Shown here in pieces: positions 8,327-17,151 of a stretch of DNA of 26,930 bases. The first letter of the stretch is position 1. Each line of letters opens with the position of its first letter. The DNA comes from a candidate division WOR-3 bacterium (GTDB taxonomy: Bacteria; Hydrothermota; Tepidihabitantia; Tepidihabitantales; Tepidihabitantaceae). The stretch spans positions 1 through 26,930 of the forward strand of contig CBFGIT010000033.1 of the NCBI GenBank assembly GCA_965648905.1, read 5' to 3'. The notes under the pieces are model-generated. The model saw only the letters and a list, made by a program, of their open reading frames with translations, searched no databases and had not been told where the DNA came from. A program made the position numbers and the translations under genes.

Positions 8327-8695
8327 CTAGCCCAACGAAGTCGGGATTAGGATGACATCGATGTCCTCCAATTCACCGGATTCCGTAAGGACCTTGGATC
8401 CGTACTCCGGCATCACGGCAGAGTAGATTTCCTCTATGTCGTAACTCTCCTCAGAGTCGAGGAAGTACAGAACTCCTTTGGTGTACCCGCAGGAGGAATC
8501 GTACTTCAAGATCGCATCCTCTGAATACGCATATTCGTAGCAGTACCGTGTCTGCACATACAGACTAGTGCCATCCACCTGATACAGGCCATCCGCGTTG
8601 AGAGTGACGGTGACTCTGTAGACTTCAGCGGGAGCAGGTGTCGCCAGGACCGCAATCGCTGCTGCTAGGGCAAGTTCGCGTGGGCGCGTGTTCAT
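8327..8695 (-). CDS. Small secreted acidic, Tyr-rich hypothetical protein
   Basis: AAAGGAGG SD before ATG 8695; signal peptide ending APA|E; YVQTRYCYEYAYSEDAIL. Confidence 0.7.
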   Translation of the reverse strand: MNTRPRELALAAAIAVLATPAPAEVYRVTVTLNADGLYQVDGTSLYVQTRYCYEYAYSEDAILKYDSSCGYTKGVLYFLDSEESYDIEEIYSAVMPEYGSKVLTESGELEDIDVILIPTSLG

Positions 8696-8843
8696 GCTGC
8701 CTCCTTTCGTCCTTCTTTGTGGTACCGGCGCGGCTCCAGACCACACACCTGTCTAGCACAGTAGCCTCCCCAGACCAAGGCGGGCTAAGGGCGCGGCGAT
8801 CGCTACACGGGGTCGTCTGTGCCAATGTCACCTGTTCACAGGG

Positions 8844-9419
8844 CTACCTTGTTTTCCCAAGACGTAGGTCCCTGAGCAGCGAGGCCCTAGTGGCTGGTCC
8901 AGCGATGCCATCAACTGCTAGCCCATTGCGCGACTGGTAGAGCATCACGGCCAGCTTGGTCATGGGGCCGTAGAGCCCATCCACAGGCCCAGGGCCACAT
9001 CCCAACTGCCGGAGTGCAATCTGCAGGGCGGCAGTGCGGTTGCTGCGGTATCTCCTTGGGCCACGCGGTGCCGCGGTGCGCGTCCCATCCACGTCAGGCG
9101 AGGTCGTCCGTACGGTCGCCTCGTACCCGCTGGCCGAACCATACGACGAGCCGCTCCTAGCGTAGTATCGACGTACGTAGGTATCCGGGTTGCCGGTCGC
9201 GACTCTTCCTGTATTGGGGTTGTAGTTTCCTGGAAAGCTGTAGTTGTTGTACGGGTTGCCGTCGGGCGCAGTTCTGCAGTGCGGCCGGACGTAAGTCCCG
9301 TCCCGGCGATAGTAGCCGCGTACGTGCACCGTGCCGCCCTCGGCGAACAGGTAAGTTGCGGCAAGAGTTAGCACGGCAAAGCACACGACAAACCTCCTTG
9401 CGGCGCTACGTCTTGTCAT
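8844..9419 (-). CDS. Secreted protein with 'VRGYYRRDGTYV' motif and C-terminal peptidoglycan-binding domain
   Basis: AAGGAG SD before ATG 9419; signal peptide; LQIALRQLG..PGPVDGLYGP.T..AV..YQ..NGL.VDGIAGPAT (PG_binding_1 pattern). Confidence 0.8.
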   Translation of the reverse strand: MTRRSAARRFVVCFAVLTLAATYLFAEGGTVHVRGYYRRDGTYVRPHCRTAPDGNPYNNYSFPGNYNPNTGRVATGNPDTYVRRYYARSGSSYGSASGYEATVRTTSPDVDGTRTAAPRGPRRYRSNRTAALQIALRQLGCGPGPVDGLYGPMTKLAVMLYQSRNGLAVDGIAGPATRASLLRDLRLGKTR

Positions 9420-10068
9420 CGGAAAACTCCTTCTTCCAGGAGTCCCGAATGAATCCAGAGGACTAGGCGCGGAACTGCTTATACTAGCCCGCGCTGCTAA
9501 GCTCGGCGTTGCCAATTGTCGGCCATGTGTTTCGGCCATCGCAGCATCATAGATGTCCGGGCCGGTCATGTCAAAGGCGGCAGACGATGGGACGGCCGTT
9601 GGCTGGCTGACGCAGAGCGGAATCCGAAACACAGCCACAATGACGGTAGACATGGAATCAATCAGAGTCTTGGTCAGGGTCGAAGTTATTAGGCGCTTGC
9701 CCTAAGTAGCCTAGTCCCAAGGCTTAAGGTTTGGGGTCGCGTCTGGCGTCCAGTTCTAGTTCTGGTCTTGGGAGTGACTGGGGGAATGGTTCCCTATGCC
9801 AAACCCGAAGTCAGGCGGGAAGCCGGCTGTGTCAGCAGTTGCCAGGTCGGAGTTGGAGTCGCGCGTGTTGCCGGTTCAGGCTGCAGTTCGAAAGGCTATT
9901 GCGCGGGCAGGTCGGTCGCCACGCGAGTGGCCGGATGCGAAGCCGGTTCTGACGCAATTCGTGCTGCCGGTTGCACAGACGGGCCGAACAGCAGATGCTG
10001 TTCGACTTACGACTGGGCACGGTTTGACATTGGTGCGGAAAGCAGGACAATAGACTAAAGGAGCCTTG

Positions 10069-11334
10069 ATGAGAAAGCTGTCAGTCATGTTTCTGCTCTC
10101 TGTGCTTGCAGCCGCGCTGTTAGCCGAAGCGATTAGCTGGTCTGAGGCTACGAGTCTGCCGCGGCCGTCGTGGCGCCATGCCTGTGCCGCAGCAGGCAAT
10201 CATGTCTACTTCCTGGGCGGAGGTGAGGGGCCGCAGTCGAATTGCGACTACGCGACCGTGAATCCGGACGGAACCCTTGGTTCGTGGACTGCCACGACTG
10301 CCATGCCGGTCAGTATCGGCTGGTTCTCAGCCGACGCAACCCGAGGTCATATCTACGTCTGCGGGGGCTGGAATCTAGGCGGTCTGACAAGTGCGGTCTG
10401 GTATGCCGAGCTCGACTCGTCAGGCAGCGTCGGGACCTGGCGTCAAGGCACCAGTCTGCCGACTGCGCTCTACACCCAGGGCGCTGTCCTAGTCGATTCG
10501 AACCTGTACATGCTCGGTGGAGCAACGGGGGTCGGCACACCGACCGTTGCGAACGTCAGGTACGCACGGGTCAGGCCCGACGGTTCAATCGGCGCCTGGG
10601 CCGAGACAAGCATGTTGCCCGAGCCGCTGCGCATCATGGGTGTGGCGGTCAAGGATACCTGGCTCTATTCGGTCGGCGGCCGGAATGAACCGGGTAGCGC
10701 GGTCAGCTCGGTCTACTTCGCCCGCATCAACCCGGACGGGTCGCTGTCGCCCTGGACTTCGACAACTTCGTTACCTCAGCCGAGCGATGGTCTGACCTGT
10801 GCTGTAGTTGGCGACCGGGTCTATGCAGTCGGCGGCTGGGGTGCTGGCCCGTTGAGCAGCGTGTATTCAGCCCAGGTGAATCCAGACGGCAGCTTGGGAA
10901 ACTGGGTTACCGAGACCTCGTTGCCAGTGCAGCGCTGGGCTTCTGATGGTCTGGCGGTGAATGGTCGCCTGTACGTACCCGGTGGGTATCTTTCCAGTCC
11001 TCAGGCCGAGGTTTACTATTCGTCGGCGCTGACCAGCATTGCCGAGCAGCGGTCTGTTTCTCGTTCCTCACCTTTTGCTGTCTTCCCGAACCCGGCCCGG
11101 CGTGGCAAGGTCACGTTGAGAGTTCATGGTGAAGCGGCGCGATATCCAAGCCGTCAGGTGTCGGTCAGTGTCCGCGATGCTGCCGGCCGGGCGGTCTTGA
11201 GCCAGACTCTGGGTGTTGAGCATGGCGGTTGTCCTGCGTCGCTTGACATCCGCGGTCTTTCAGCCGGGGTCTATCTTGTCCGCATGTCAGCAGGCAGGGC
11301 TGTCGTGACGCAGCAGGTCGTGGTGATGGAGTGA
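10069..11334 (+). CDS. Secreted Kelch-repeat beta-propeller with T9SS-like C-terminal domain
   Basis: AAAGGAG SD, signal peptide, six 'Y..GG...V.YA..NPDGSLG.W..TTSLP' repeats, then FPNPA...DAAGRAV...LSAGVYLV. Confidence 0.85.
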   Translation: MRKLSVMFLLSVLAAALLAEAISWSEATSLPRPSWRHACAAAGNHVYFLGGGEGPQSNCDYATVNPDGTLGSWTATTAMPVSIGWFSADATRGHIYVCGGWNLGGLTSAVWYAELDSSGSVGTWRQGTSLPTALYTQGAVLVDSNLYMLGGATGVGTPTVANVRYARVRPDGSIGAWAETSMLPEPLRIMGVAVKDTWLYSVGGRNEPGSAVSSVYFARINPDGSLSPWTSTTSLPQPSDGLTCAVVGDRVYAVGGWGAGPLSSVYSAQVNPDGSLGNWVTETSLPVQRWASDGLAVNGRLYVPGGYLSSPQAEVYYSSALTSIAEQRSVSRSSPFAVFPNPARRGKVTLRVHGEAARYPSRQVSVSVRDAAGRAVLSQTLGVEHGGCPASLDIRGLSAGVYLVRMSAGRAVVTQQVVVME

Positions 11335-11367
11335 GGTGCGGCCACAGACAAGGTACTTAGAATTGTC

Positions 11368-12471
11368 CTACATCAGCGTGACCTGGCCGGACTCGATTCG
11401 GAACTCTCTTGGCGGAGAGGGAGAAGTCGGGCTGTCACGCACCGCGTCTGAGCGAGCTGCATTCAGGCTGTTCAGCCTTCGCGCCGCAGCGTAGACCATC
11501 TGTCCTCGTGCGGCAATCAGGTCGAAGACCTGGCCGCTCCGCTCTTCATCGAGTTCTGAGGCGATTTCGTCGAGCAGGAATACTGGGGTTGTCCGGGCTG
11601 AGTTGAGCAGCAGGTCGGCTTCAGCCAGGCGCAGGGCGATTCCGGCCAGGCGTTGCTCGCCGACCGAGCCGAAGCGACGCAGGTCTATTTCGCCGCGGGT
11701 AGCTCGGACATCGTCCCGGTGTGGCCCAACCAGGGTAGTGCCGACCTGCCGTTCCCGCTGAGAGGATTGGGCCAGTCTTTGGCGGAACCGGTCAGGGCTG
11801 GCCGGACCATCGCCGATGTTCGAACGGTACTCGAACCGTGCCGGTGCGTGCGTCAGCTTCTCACAATACTGACCAGCCAGACCAAGTAGTCGTTCTGCCG
11901 CGGTCCAGCGTCGCTCAGCCACCGCTGTGCCGGTGCGCACGAGCTCCTCAGTCCAGGCAGCCAACTGGTCTTCGCCCGCTCCGTTCTCAAGCAGTCGGTT
12001 GCGCTGGAGCAGGACCCGGCGGTACTCGGTTGCGACTCCGATATAGGCCCGGTCGGTCTTGGCAATTGCCATGTCGAGAAAAGCCCGGCGCACGCCCGGG
12101 CTACCGCGTACCAGTTCGATGTCTTCAAGCAGCAGCACCACGACCGGTAGCCAGCCGAAGTAGTCAGAGAGCCGCGTCTGAGGAATGCCGTTGGTGAGCA
12201 GTCGTTTTTCGCGGCGGTCGAATCGAATCTCGGCCTCAGTGCCGGTGTCATCCTGGCCGGACACGACTAGTACGTCCTGACCGAATCCCAGAAGCTCAGT
12301 ATCGGGGCAGCGTCGGAACGACCGGCCGATGGCCAGGTAGTAGATGGCCTCAAGCAGGTTGGTTTTGCCCGCACCGTTGGGACCGAACAGGTAGTTCCGG
12401 TCCGGGGCCAGTTCGATTGTGGCGGGCGCGAGGTTTCTGAAACCGCGCACCGTGATGCTCTTCAGTGCCAC
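11368..12471 (-). CDS. recF: DNA replication and repair protein RecF
   Basis: FRNL, GPNGAGKTNLLEAIY, RRAFLD, QRNRLL, GPHRDD, GSVGEQR, LLDEIASELD. Confidence 0.93.
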   Translation of the reverse strand: MALKSITVRGFRNLAPATIELAPDRNYLFGPNGAGKTNLLEAIYYLAIGRSFRRCPDTELLGFGQDVLVVSGQDDTGTEAEIRFDRREKRLLTNGIPQTRLSDYFGWLPVVVLLLEDIELVRGSPGVRRAFLDMAIAKTDRAYIGVATEYRRVLLQRNRLLENGAGEDQLAAWTEELVRTGTAVAERRWTAAERLLGLAGQYCEKLTHAPARFEYRSNIGDGPASPDRFRQRLAQSSQRERQVGTTLVGPHRDDVRATRGEIDLRRFGSVGEQRLAGIALRLAEADLLLNSARTTPVFLLDEIASELDEERSGQVFDLIAARGQMVYAAARRLNSLNAARSDAVRDSPTSPSPPREFRIESGQVTLM

Positions 12472-12476
12472 GCCAG

Positions 12477-12505
12477 AATCTAGACAAAGACGAGCTTCGG
12501 GTCAA
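12477..12505 (-). promoter_or_regulatory. sigma70-type promoter of recF, leaderless geometry
   Basis: TTGACC, 17 nt, TAGATT, 5 nt, GTG start; no SD. Confidence 0.65.
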
Positions 12506-12533
12506 GCGTACCGGCCCAACGGGGCGTTGAAGA

Positions 12534-12561
12534 TTGACAGCCCGGTGCTGCTGCTTATCCT
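12534..12561 (+). promoter_or_regulatory. Divergent sigma70-type promoter of the flavodoxin-apbE-ECF operon
   Basis: TTGACA, 16 nt, TATCCT; GGAG SD before ATG 12593. Confidence 0.55.
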
Positions 12562-12592
12562 CATACATGAGTTGCTATCTCCGGAGTAGTCG

Positions 12593-13066
12593 ATGAAGAC
12601 GTGCGTGGTCTACTATTCCCGTTTCGGCCACACTGCTGTTGTGGCCAGGACCCTGGCCCGGGAACTGGGCGCTGAGCTAAGATGCATCGAGTCGGTCAGG
12701 CAGCACGGATTCATGGGCATGGGCTTCCGCGCGGTGTTCGACATTCGCATGGCCCTGAAGCCGATGGACCTTGACTTCTCAGGCTTTGACCGGGTTGTCC
12801 TGTGTGCGCCGATTTGGGCGGGTAAGCTCGCCTGCCCGGCGCGGACTTTCCTGCGCGAGGCGAAGCTTGAGGGCAGGAGACTGGCAGTCGTCTTCACCTG
12901 CGCCGGTGGTGAGGTCAGGCGGGCGCTGGAATTGCTCAGGAAGGACATTGCGGGTCGGAACATCGAGCTCGTGGCAGACGAGCGGGTCGTGACCGACAAG
13001 GTAAGTGATGCCGAGCTTGAGCAGGCCGGACTCAGGTTCGCGGCTCGACTGGGCACGACCGCTTGA
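12593..13066 (+). CDS. Flavodoxin-like protein
   Basis: VVYYSRFGHTAVVA FMN phosphate loop, DRVVLCAPIWAG, AVVFTCAG. Confidence 0.85.
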   Translation: MKTCVVYYSRFGHTAVVARTLARELGAELRCIESVRQHGFMGMGFRAVFDIRMALKPMDLDFSGFDRVVLCAPIWAGKLACPARTFLREAKLEGRRLAVVFTCAGGEVRRALELLRKDIAGRNIELVADERVVTDKVSDAELEQAGLRFAARLGTTA

Positions 13067-13434
13067 GATTTCGGGGCGACCGGCTGACGTTCCTTGACGT
13101 CCTGCTCGTCGTTGCGCTGGTGGTACTACCGGTTTGGGTGCTGGTGCGGCGCCATTCCCTGCCTCATGAACATCGTGCAGTTGAAGTCCGCCTGGGCAAC
13201 CGGCTCTATGGCGCGTATCCGCTTGAGCGCGACGCGCTAATCCAGGTCGCCGACAAGATGACAGTCGAGATTCGTTCCGGCCGCGTGCGGGTGAGAGAGT
13301 CCAACTGCCCGAAAGGGATCTGCCGCCATGCCGGCTGGCGCTCAACTCCAGGCAGTACCATCATCTGCCTGCCTAATCGCATCGTCATTACCATTACTGG
13401 TCAGGGTCAGGAGTATGATGCCGAAACCCGGTGA
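13063..13434 (+). CDS. NusG domain II (DUF1312)/EetA-like membrane-anchored protein
   Basis: N-terminal TM helix, then VEI..GRVRVRESNCPKGICRH.GW......IICLPNRIVI; TTG start overlaps the upstream TGA. Confidence 0.88.
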   Translation: MRFRGDRLTFLDVLLVVALVVLPVWVLVRRHSLPHEHRAVEVRLGNRLYGAYPLERDALIQVADKMTVEIRSGRVRVRESNCPKGICRHAGWRSTPGSTIICLPNRIVITITGQGQEYDAETR

Positions 13435-14617
13435 CTTGGGAACGTCGCGGCTGGCGATGCTCGTGGCCGGGGCCAGTGTGCTGCACGTGGCTGAGTCGAT
13501 GCTGCCTCATCCGGTGCCGGGTGTGCGGGTGGGGCTGGCCAATGTCTTTACGCTCGTTGCCCTTGTTGACCTCGGCCCGGCCGCGGCCATGCAGCTTGCG
13601 GTCATGCGTTCACTCGTCAGTTCGATGGTGCTCGGTACCTTCCTCTCTCCGACCTTTCTGCTGAGTTTCTCCGGCGCAGTCACAAGCGCGCTGGTCATGG
13701 TCTCGGGCTGGTATCTTGCGTCGAGCCGCGCTCTGTTGCGGCCCGGGCTTATCGGCATCAGCGTGACCGGCGCAGTTGCCCACATCCTAACCCAGTTGTT
13801 CGTTGCCTGGCTTCTGCTCGTGCGCTCGCCCGGTGTGCTTGCGCTCTGGCCGTGGCTCCTCATTTCCGCAGTGGCAGCCGGGGTCCTGACCGGGCTTGTC
13901 GCGCTTGCGGCGGTGCGGCGACTGGATTCGCCGGACGTTCGAGAAGATGCGCTCCCAACGCCCGAGGCAGAACCGCCTTACGCCCATCGATACGTGGCGG
14001 GCAGTTCGTTTCTGCACCGAATGACGCCCGCGCTCAAGGTCAGCCTTGTGGCACTGGTCGGGCTTGTCGCGGTGCTGACCACTGACCTGAGGGTCTATGC
14101 CGGGCTCGCGGTCTTGCTGGTTGCGGCCTGCCTTGGGGCCCGACTCAATCCGGTCCGAATGCTCGCCGGGTCGCGGGCGGCCATTCTCTTCTGCCTCGGC
14201 GCGCTGGCCCTGCCCGTTCTGTTCACCAACTGGGGCAGGGTGCTGTTTGTTTTTGGGCCGGTGCGCATCACGCTGTCCGGGGTCATGGCCGGGCTGGTCT
14301 TTGCCGCGCGGGTGACACTGCTGTTTGCTGCGACCGGCCTGCTTGCCCTGACTACTGCGCCGGAAGCAGTGGCACAGGGGCTTTCGCAGCTTCTGGTTGT
14401 GCTGCGGCCATTGGGCGTGAAGCCGCAAAGACTGGCCGGGATCGTTGCCCAGTCCTGGCAGGCGTTCCCGGTCTTATCCCGCGAGTTCGGCAACCTGCTG
14501 AGCCGCGGCCGCGCGCGAGGCAGCGGCCTCAGGACCTTGGTGCAACTGCCTGGTGAGGCTGTGGCCGGACTGTACAGGATGGCCGGTCAGGTCCGACCAT
14601 TCGAAGCGGGTCGATGA
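13415..14617 (+). CDS. Fusion of Gx-transporter (EetB-like) domain and EcfT/CbiQ (FmnA-like) transmembrane domain
   Basis: N-half: ES.LP.PVPGVRVGLAN...SFSGAV.S...GISVTGAVAH...Q. Linker. C-half: Y..GSSFLHRMTPALK...ITLSG...G...R......TTAPE....L...P...ARG. One uninterrupted frame; start ATG 13415 or 13418. Confidence 0.85.
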   Translation: MMPKPGDLGTSRLAMLVAGASVLHVAESMLPHPVPGVRVGLANVFTLVALVDLGPAAAMQLAVMRSLVSSMVLGTFLSPTFLLSFSGAVTSALVMVSGWYLASSRALLRPGLIGISVTGAVAHILTQLFVAWLLLVRSPGVLALWPWLLISAVAAGVLTGLVALAAVRRLDSPDVREDALPTPEAEPPYAHRYVAGSSFLHRMTPALKVSLVALVGLVAVLTTDLRVYAGLAVLLVAACLGARLNPVRMLAGSRAAILFCLGALALPVLFTNWGRVLFVFGPVRITLSGVMAGLVFAARVTLLFAATGLLALTTAPEAVAQGLSQLLVVLRPLGVKPQRLAGIVAQSWQAFPVLSREFGNLLSRGRARGSGLRTLVQLPGEAVAGLYRMAGQVRPFEAGR

Positions 14618-15597
14618 AGCGCACACGCGACCTGCTCCTGTGCTGCTTGCTGCTGGCCTGCTGTCAGTCGACCGTGTCCGAGCGCCGGACCATGCTGCTC
14701 ATGGACACCTATGTTACAATCCATGCCCTCGGCCCACGCTCAGTCACGCACCGAGCGGTCGAACTTGGCTTCAAGCGGCTGGCAGAAATCGACCGCAGAT
14801 TCAACCATCTCGACTCAACCAGTCCGGTCTTTGCGTTCAATACCAGGAACGTGCCGCTGGAAGACCCCGAAGTCATCAGCGTGCTTGAGGTCGCTCGCGA
14901 CCTGAGCATCGCTTCGGGCGGGGTGTTCGATGTCACGGTCGAGCCGCTGGTGCGGCTGTGGGGGTTCTACGACCACAAGATGGCAGTGCCGCCGCAGCGG
15001 GCGATTGACTCCTGCCTGAAGCTCGTCGGGTATCAGTATCTTGTGTTCGAACCGGGTCGGGTCACCAAGGTCAACCCTAACACGACCATTGACCTCGGCG
15101 GTATCGCCAAGGGCTATGCTCTGAAGCAGGCTGCCCGGGTGCTCAGAGAGGCCGGCATCGACTCGGCGGTGATTGATGCTGGTGGTGACATCTTCGCCAT
15201 CGGCAGGAACCGCGAGAGGAACTGGAAAGTGGGCATCTGTAACCCGCGCGGCGAGGGCATCATCGACATCGTGTCGGTGTCGAACATGGCGGTCGTGACC
15301 TCGGGTGACTATGAGCGGTTCTTCTTCGGCCCACCGGACAGCACGCGCTACTGTCATATCATCGACCCGCGCACCGGCTGGCCTGGTGCGGGCATTGCCA
15401 GCGCCACTGTCGTGACGTGCGACCCTCTCGGGGCCCAGGGTTGGTCCAAGGTGCTGTTGCTGCTGGGACCTGAGGCGATTCCGCTTGCGGTGGTGAATGG
15501 CTGCGAGGCGCTGCTTCTGACCGACTCGCTTCAGCGGTTCACCAGCCCGGGACTTGACCGGCTGCTCCAGCCCAGAGACCAGACCCCCAATAACTGA
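14614..15597 (+). CDS. apbE: FAD:protein FMN transferase (ApbE/FmnB family) lipoprotein
   Basis: Lipobox LLAC, MDT, SGGVFDVTV, DLGGIAKG, AGGD, TSGDYER, HIIDPRTG. Confidence 0.95.
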   Translation: MKRTRDLLLCCLLLACCQSTVSERRTMLLMDTYVTIHALGPRSVTHRAVELGFKRLAEIDRRFNHLDSTSPVFAFNTRNVPLEDPEVISVLEVARDLSIASGGVFDVTVEPLVRLWGFYDHKMAVPPQRAIDSCLKLVGYQYLVFEPGRVTKVNPNTTIDLGGIAKGYALKQAARVLREAGIDSAVIDAGGDIFAIGRNRERNWKVGICNPRGEGIIDIVSVSNMAVVTSGDYERFFFGPPDSTRYCHIIDPRTGWPGAGIASATVVTCDPLGAQGWSKVLLLLGPEAIPLAVVNGCEALLLTDSLQRFTSPGLDRLLQPRDQTPNN

Positions 15598-15598
15598 C

Positions 15599-16153
15599 AT
15601 GACTTCTGAAGTCAGTGACCTGGACCTGGTCAGCCGGGCGCGGGCCGGTGAGCTTGAGGCGTTTGAGGAACTGGTCAGACGGCACCAGCAGCCACTGTTC
15701 GGGTTCCTGTATCGAATGTGCGGCGATGCGAATACAGCCGAGGAACTGGCCCAGGCAGCCCTGGTGCGCTCATGGGAGAAGCTCAATACCTTTCGCGGTG
15801 ATTCGAGCTTCAAGACCTGGCTTTATCGCATCGGAGCCAACCTGCTGTTCAACCGCCGGAGAGGAGCGAGACCGGAGTTCGAGCTGTCTGAGTTCCTGCC
15901 TGCCAGCGAGCACGACCAGCCTGATGAGAGCTACCATCAGAAGCGGCGCGAGGAGCTGGTTCAGGCTGCCCTGAATCAACTGCCGGCTGACCAACGGACC
16001 GCGCTGGTGCTTTCCGTCTACGACCAGATGAGCTACAGGGAAATCGGGCAGGCGATGGGCAAGAGCGTGCGGGCAGTGGATTCCCTGCTGTTCCGCGCCA
16101 AGGCCAACGTGCGCAGGCTCCTGACCGGGGCACGGGCCAAGGGCATTATCTGA
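15599..16153 (+). CDS. ECF RNA polymerase sigma factor
   Basis: AFEELVRRHQ...AEELAQ...FRGDSSFKTWLYRI, LP.DQR..L.....MSYREI. ATG 15599 lies 1 nt after the apbE stop. Confidence 0.92.
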   Translation: MTSEVSDLDLVSRARAGELEAFEELVRRHQQPLFGFLYRMCGDANTAEELAQAALVRSWEKLNTFRGDSSFKTWLYRIGANLLFNRRRGARPEFELSEFLPASEHDQPDESYHQKRREELVQAALNQLPADQRTALVLSVYDQMSYREIGQAMGKSVRAVDSLLFRAKANVRRLLTGARAKGII

Positions 16154-16179
16154 AAGGCCGCAGTGAAACGGAGGACTAC

Positions 16180-16638
16180 GTGTCTAAACAATTGAACACG
16201 ATGGACTGCAAAGAAGTACAGAGAAAGCTGCCTCCTTATCTCGACAATCAGATGGCCGGACAGGCCCGGGATGCCGTCGAAAGACACCTTGGAGCCTGTC
16301 CGGCCTGCCGCCGGGAGCTGGAGCAGTTGCAATCAGACATGAGCCTTCTGGCCCGAACCAGTGTCCCGGAGCCTAGCCCATACCTGACCACCCGCGTGAT
16401 GGCCGAAATCCGCAGCCGGCAGGCGGTGCGGGCACGCGTCAGGACCGGCTTGAGGCATGTCTTTGGTTCGGCAGTTGCCGTGCTCGTAGTGTCGGCCTGT
16501 GTCAGCATCGGTGCTTTCTTGGGCTCAGGGCTGGGCCGGAGCCGGCCCGGGGTTACGGCTGCTTCTGAAGAGCTGACGGTCTCGGTCAATGAACCGAACT
16601 TTGCCGATGCCTTCGCATCGGTCGTGGCAGGGGAGTAG
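16180..16638 (+). CDS. Zinc-binding (zf-HC2/ZAS) anti-sigma factor with one TM helix
   Basis: MDC......YLD...HLGACPAC, then a TM segment; GGAGG SD before GTG 16180 (ATG 16201 is an alternative). Confidence 0.88.
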   Translation: MSKQLNTMDCKEVQRKLPPYLDNQMAGQARDAVERHLGACPACRRELEQLQSDMSLLARTSVPEPSPYLTTRVMAEIRSRQAVRARVRTGLRHVFGSAVAVLVVSACVSIGAFLGSGLGRSRPGVTAASEELTVSVNEPNFADAFASVVAGE

Positions 16639-16641
16639 CAG

Positions 16642-17124
16642 ATGTCGGGCAGATGGCTCGCTGTCGCCTTGGTTGGCTCCATCGCCTTGAATCTGGCCGT
16701 GGTGGGATTCTACATCTTTGAGCGTACCCGTCAGCCCCTGCCCCCCCCGCCGCCCGAGTTCGTTCGCGGCCGGCCGGAACTGCACGGTCTGGTCCGGCGG
16801 ATGCGGATGCGGATGGAACCGGCAATGGACACACTGCGCGAGGAGTTGATGGCAACGCGTCGCGGGCTCATGGAGTTGGTGCGTCGGCCGGACCGGGCAG
16901 GAGAGGCCGAGTCTCTGCTCGCGCGCATCGGCTCACTGGAGCAGCAGTTGAACCGGCTGGCGTTTGAGAACGCCCGTCAGCTCATGGAATCATTGCCTCC
17001 AGAGGCACGTGAGCGCTTTCTGGAGCGACTGGAGACACGCTGCGGCCCGGACGGTTGTCCACGACCGCGGCACCAGGGTTCGCGTCGATGGATGCGTGAA
17101 CCCGGGCCGCCAGGAGGAATGTAG
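16642..17124 (+). CDS. Periplasmic heavy-metal sensor (Metal_resist/CpxP-like) protein
   Basis: L..SIALNLAVVG membrane anchor, helical body, LPPEARERF motif. Confidence 0.75.
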   Translation: MSGRWLAVALVGSIALNLAVVGFYIFERTRQPLPPPPPEFVRGRPELHGLVRRMRMRMEPAMDTLREELMATRRGLMELVRRPDRAGEAESLLARIGSLEQQLNRLAFENARQLMESLPPEARERFLERLETRCGPDGCPRPRHQGSRRWMREPGPPGGM

Positions 17125-17151
17125 TAAGTGACAAACAACAGGAGAAACTTC

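Noticed and set aside
8183..9700. Possible integron cassette array (small co-oriented genes plus TA pair)
   Set aside because: No RYYYAAC...GTTRRRY attC structures were found between the genes, and there is no integrase in the window.
14815..15813. Long antisense ORFs (e.g. 332 aa here, 269 aa at 3191-4000, 223 aa at 23535-24206)
   Set aside because: Shadow frames of well-supported genes in GC-rich DNA.
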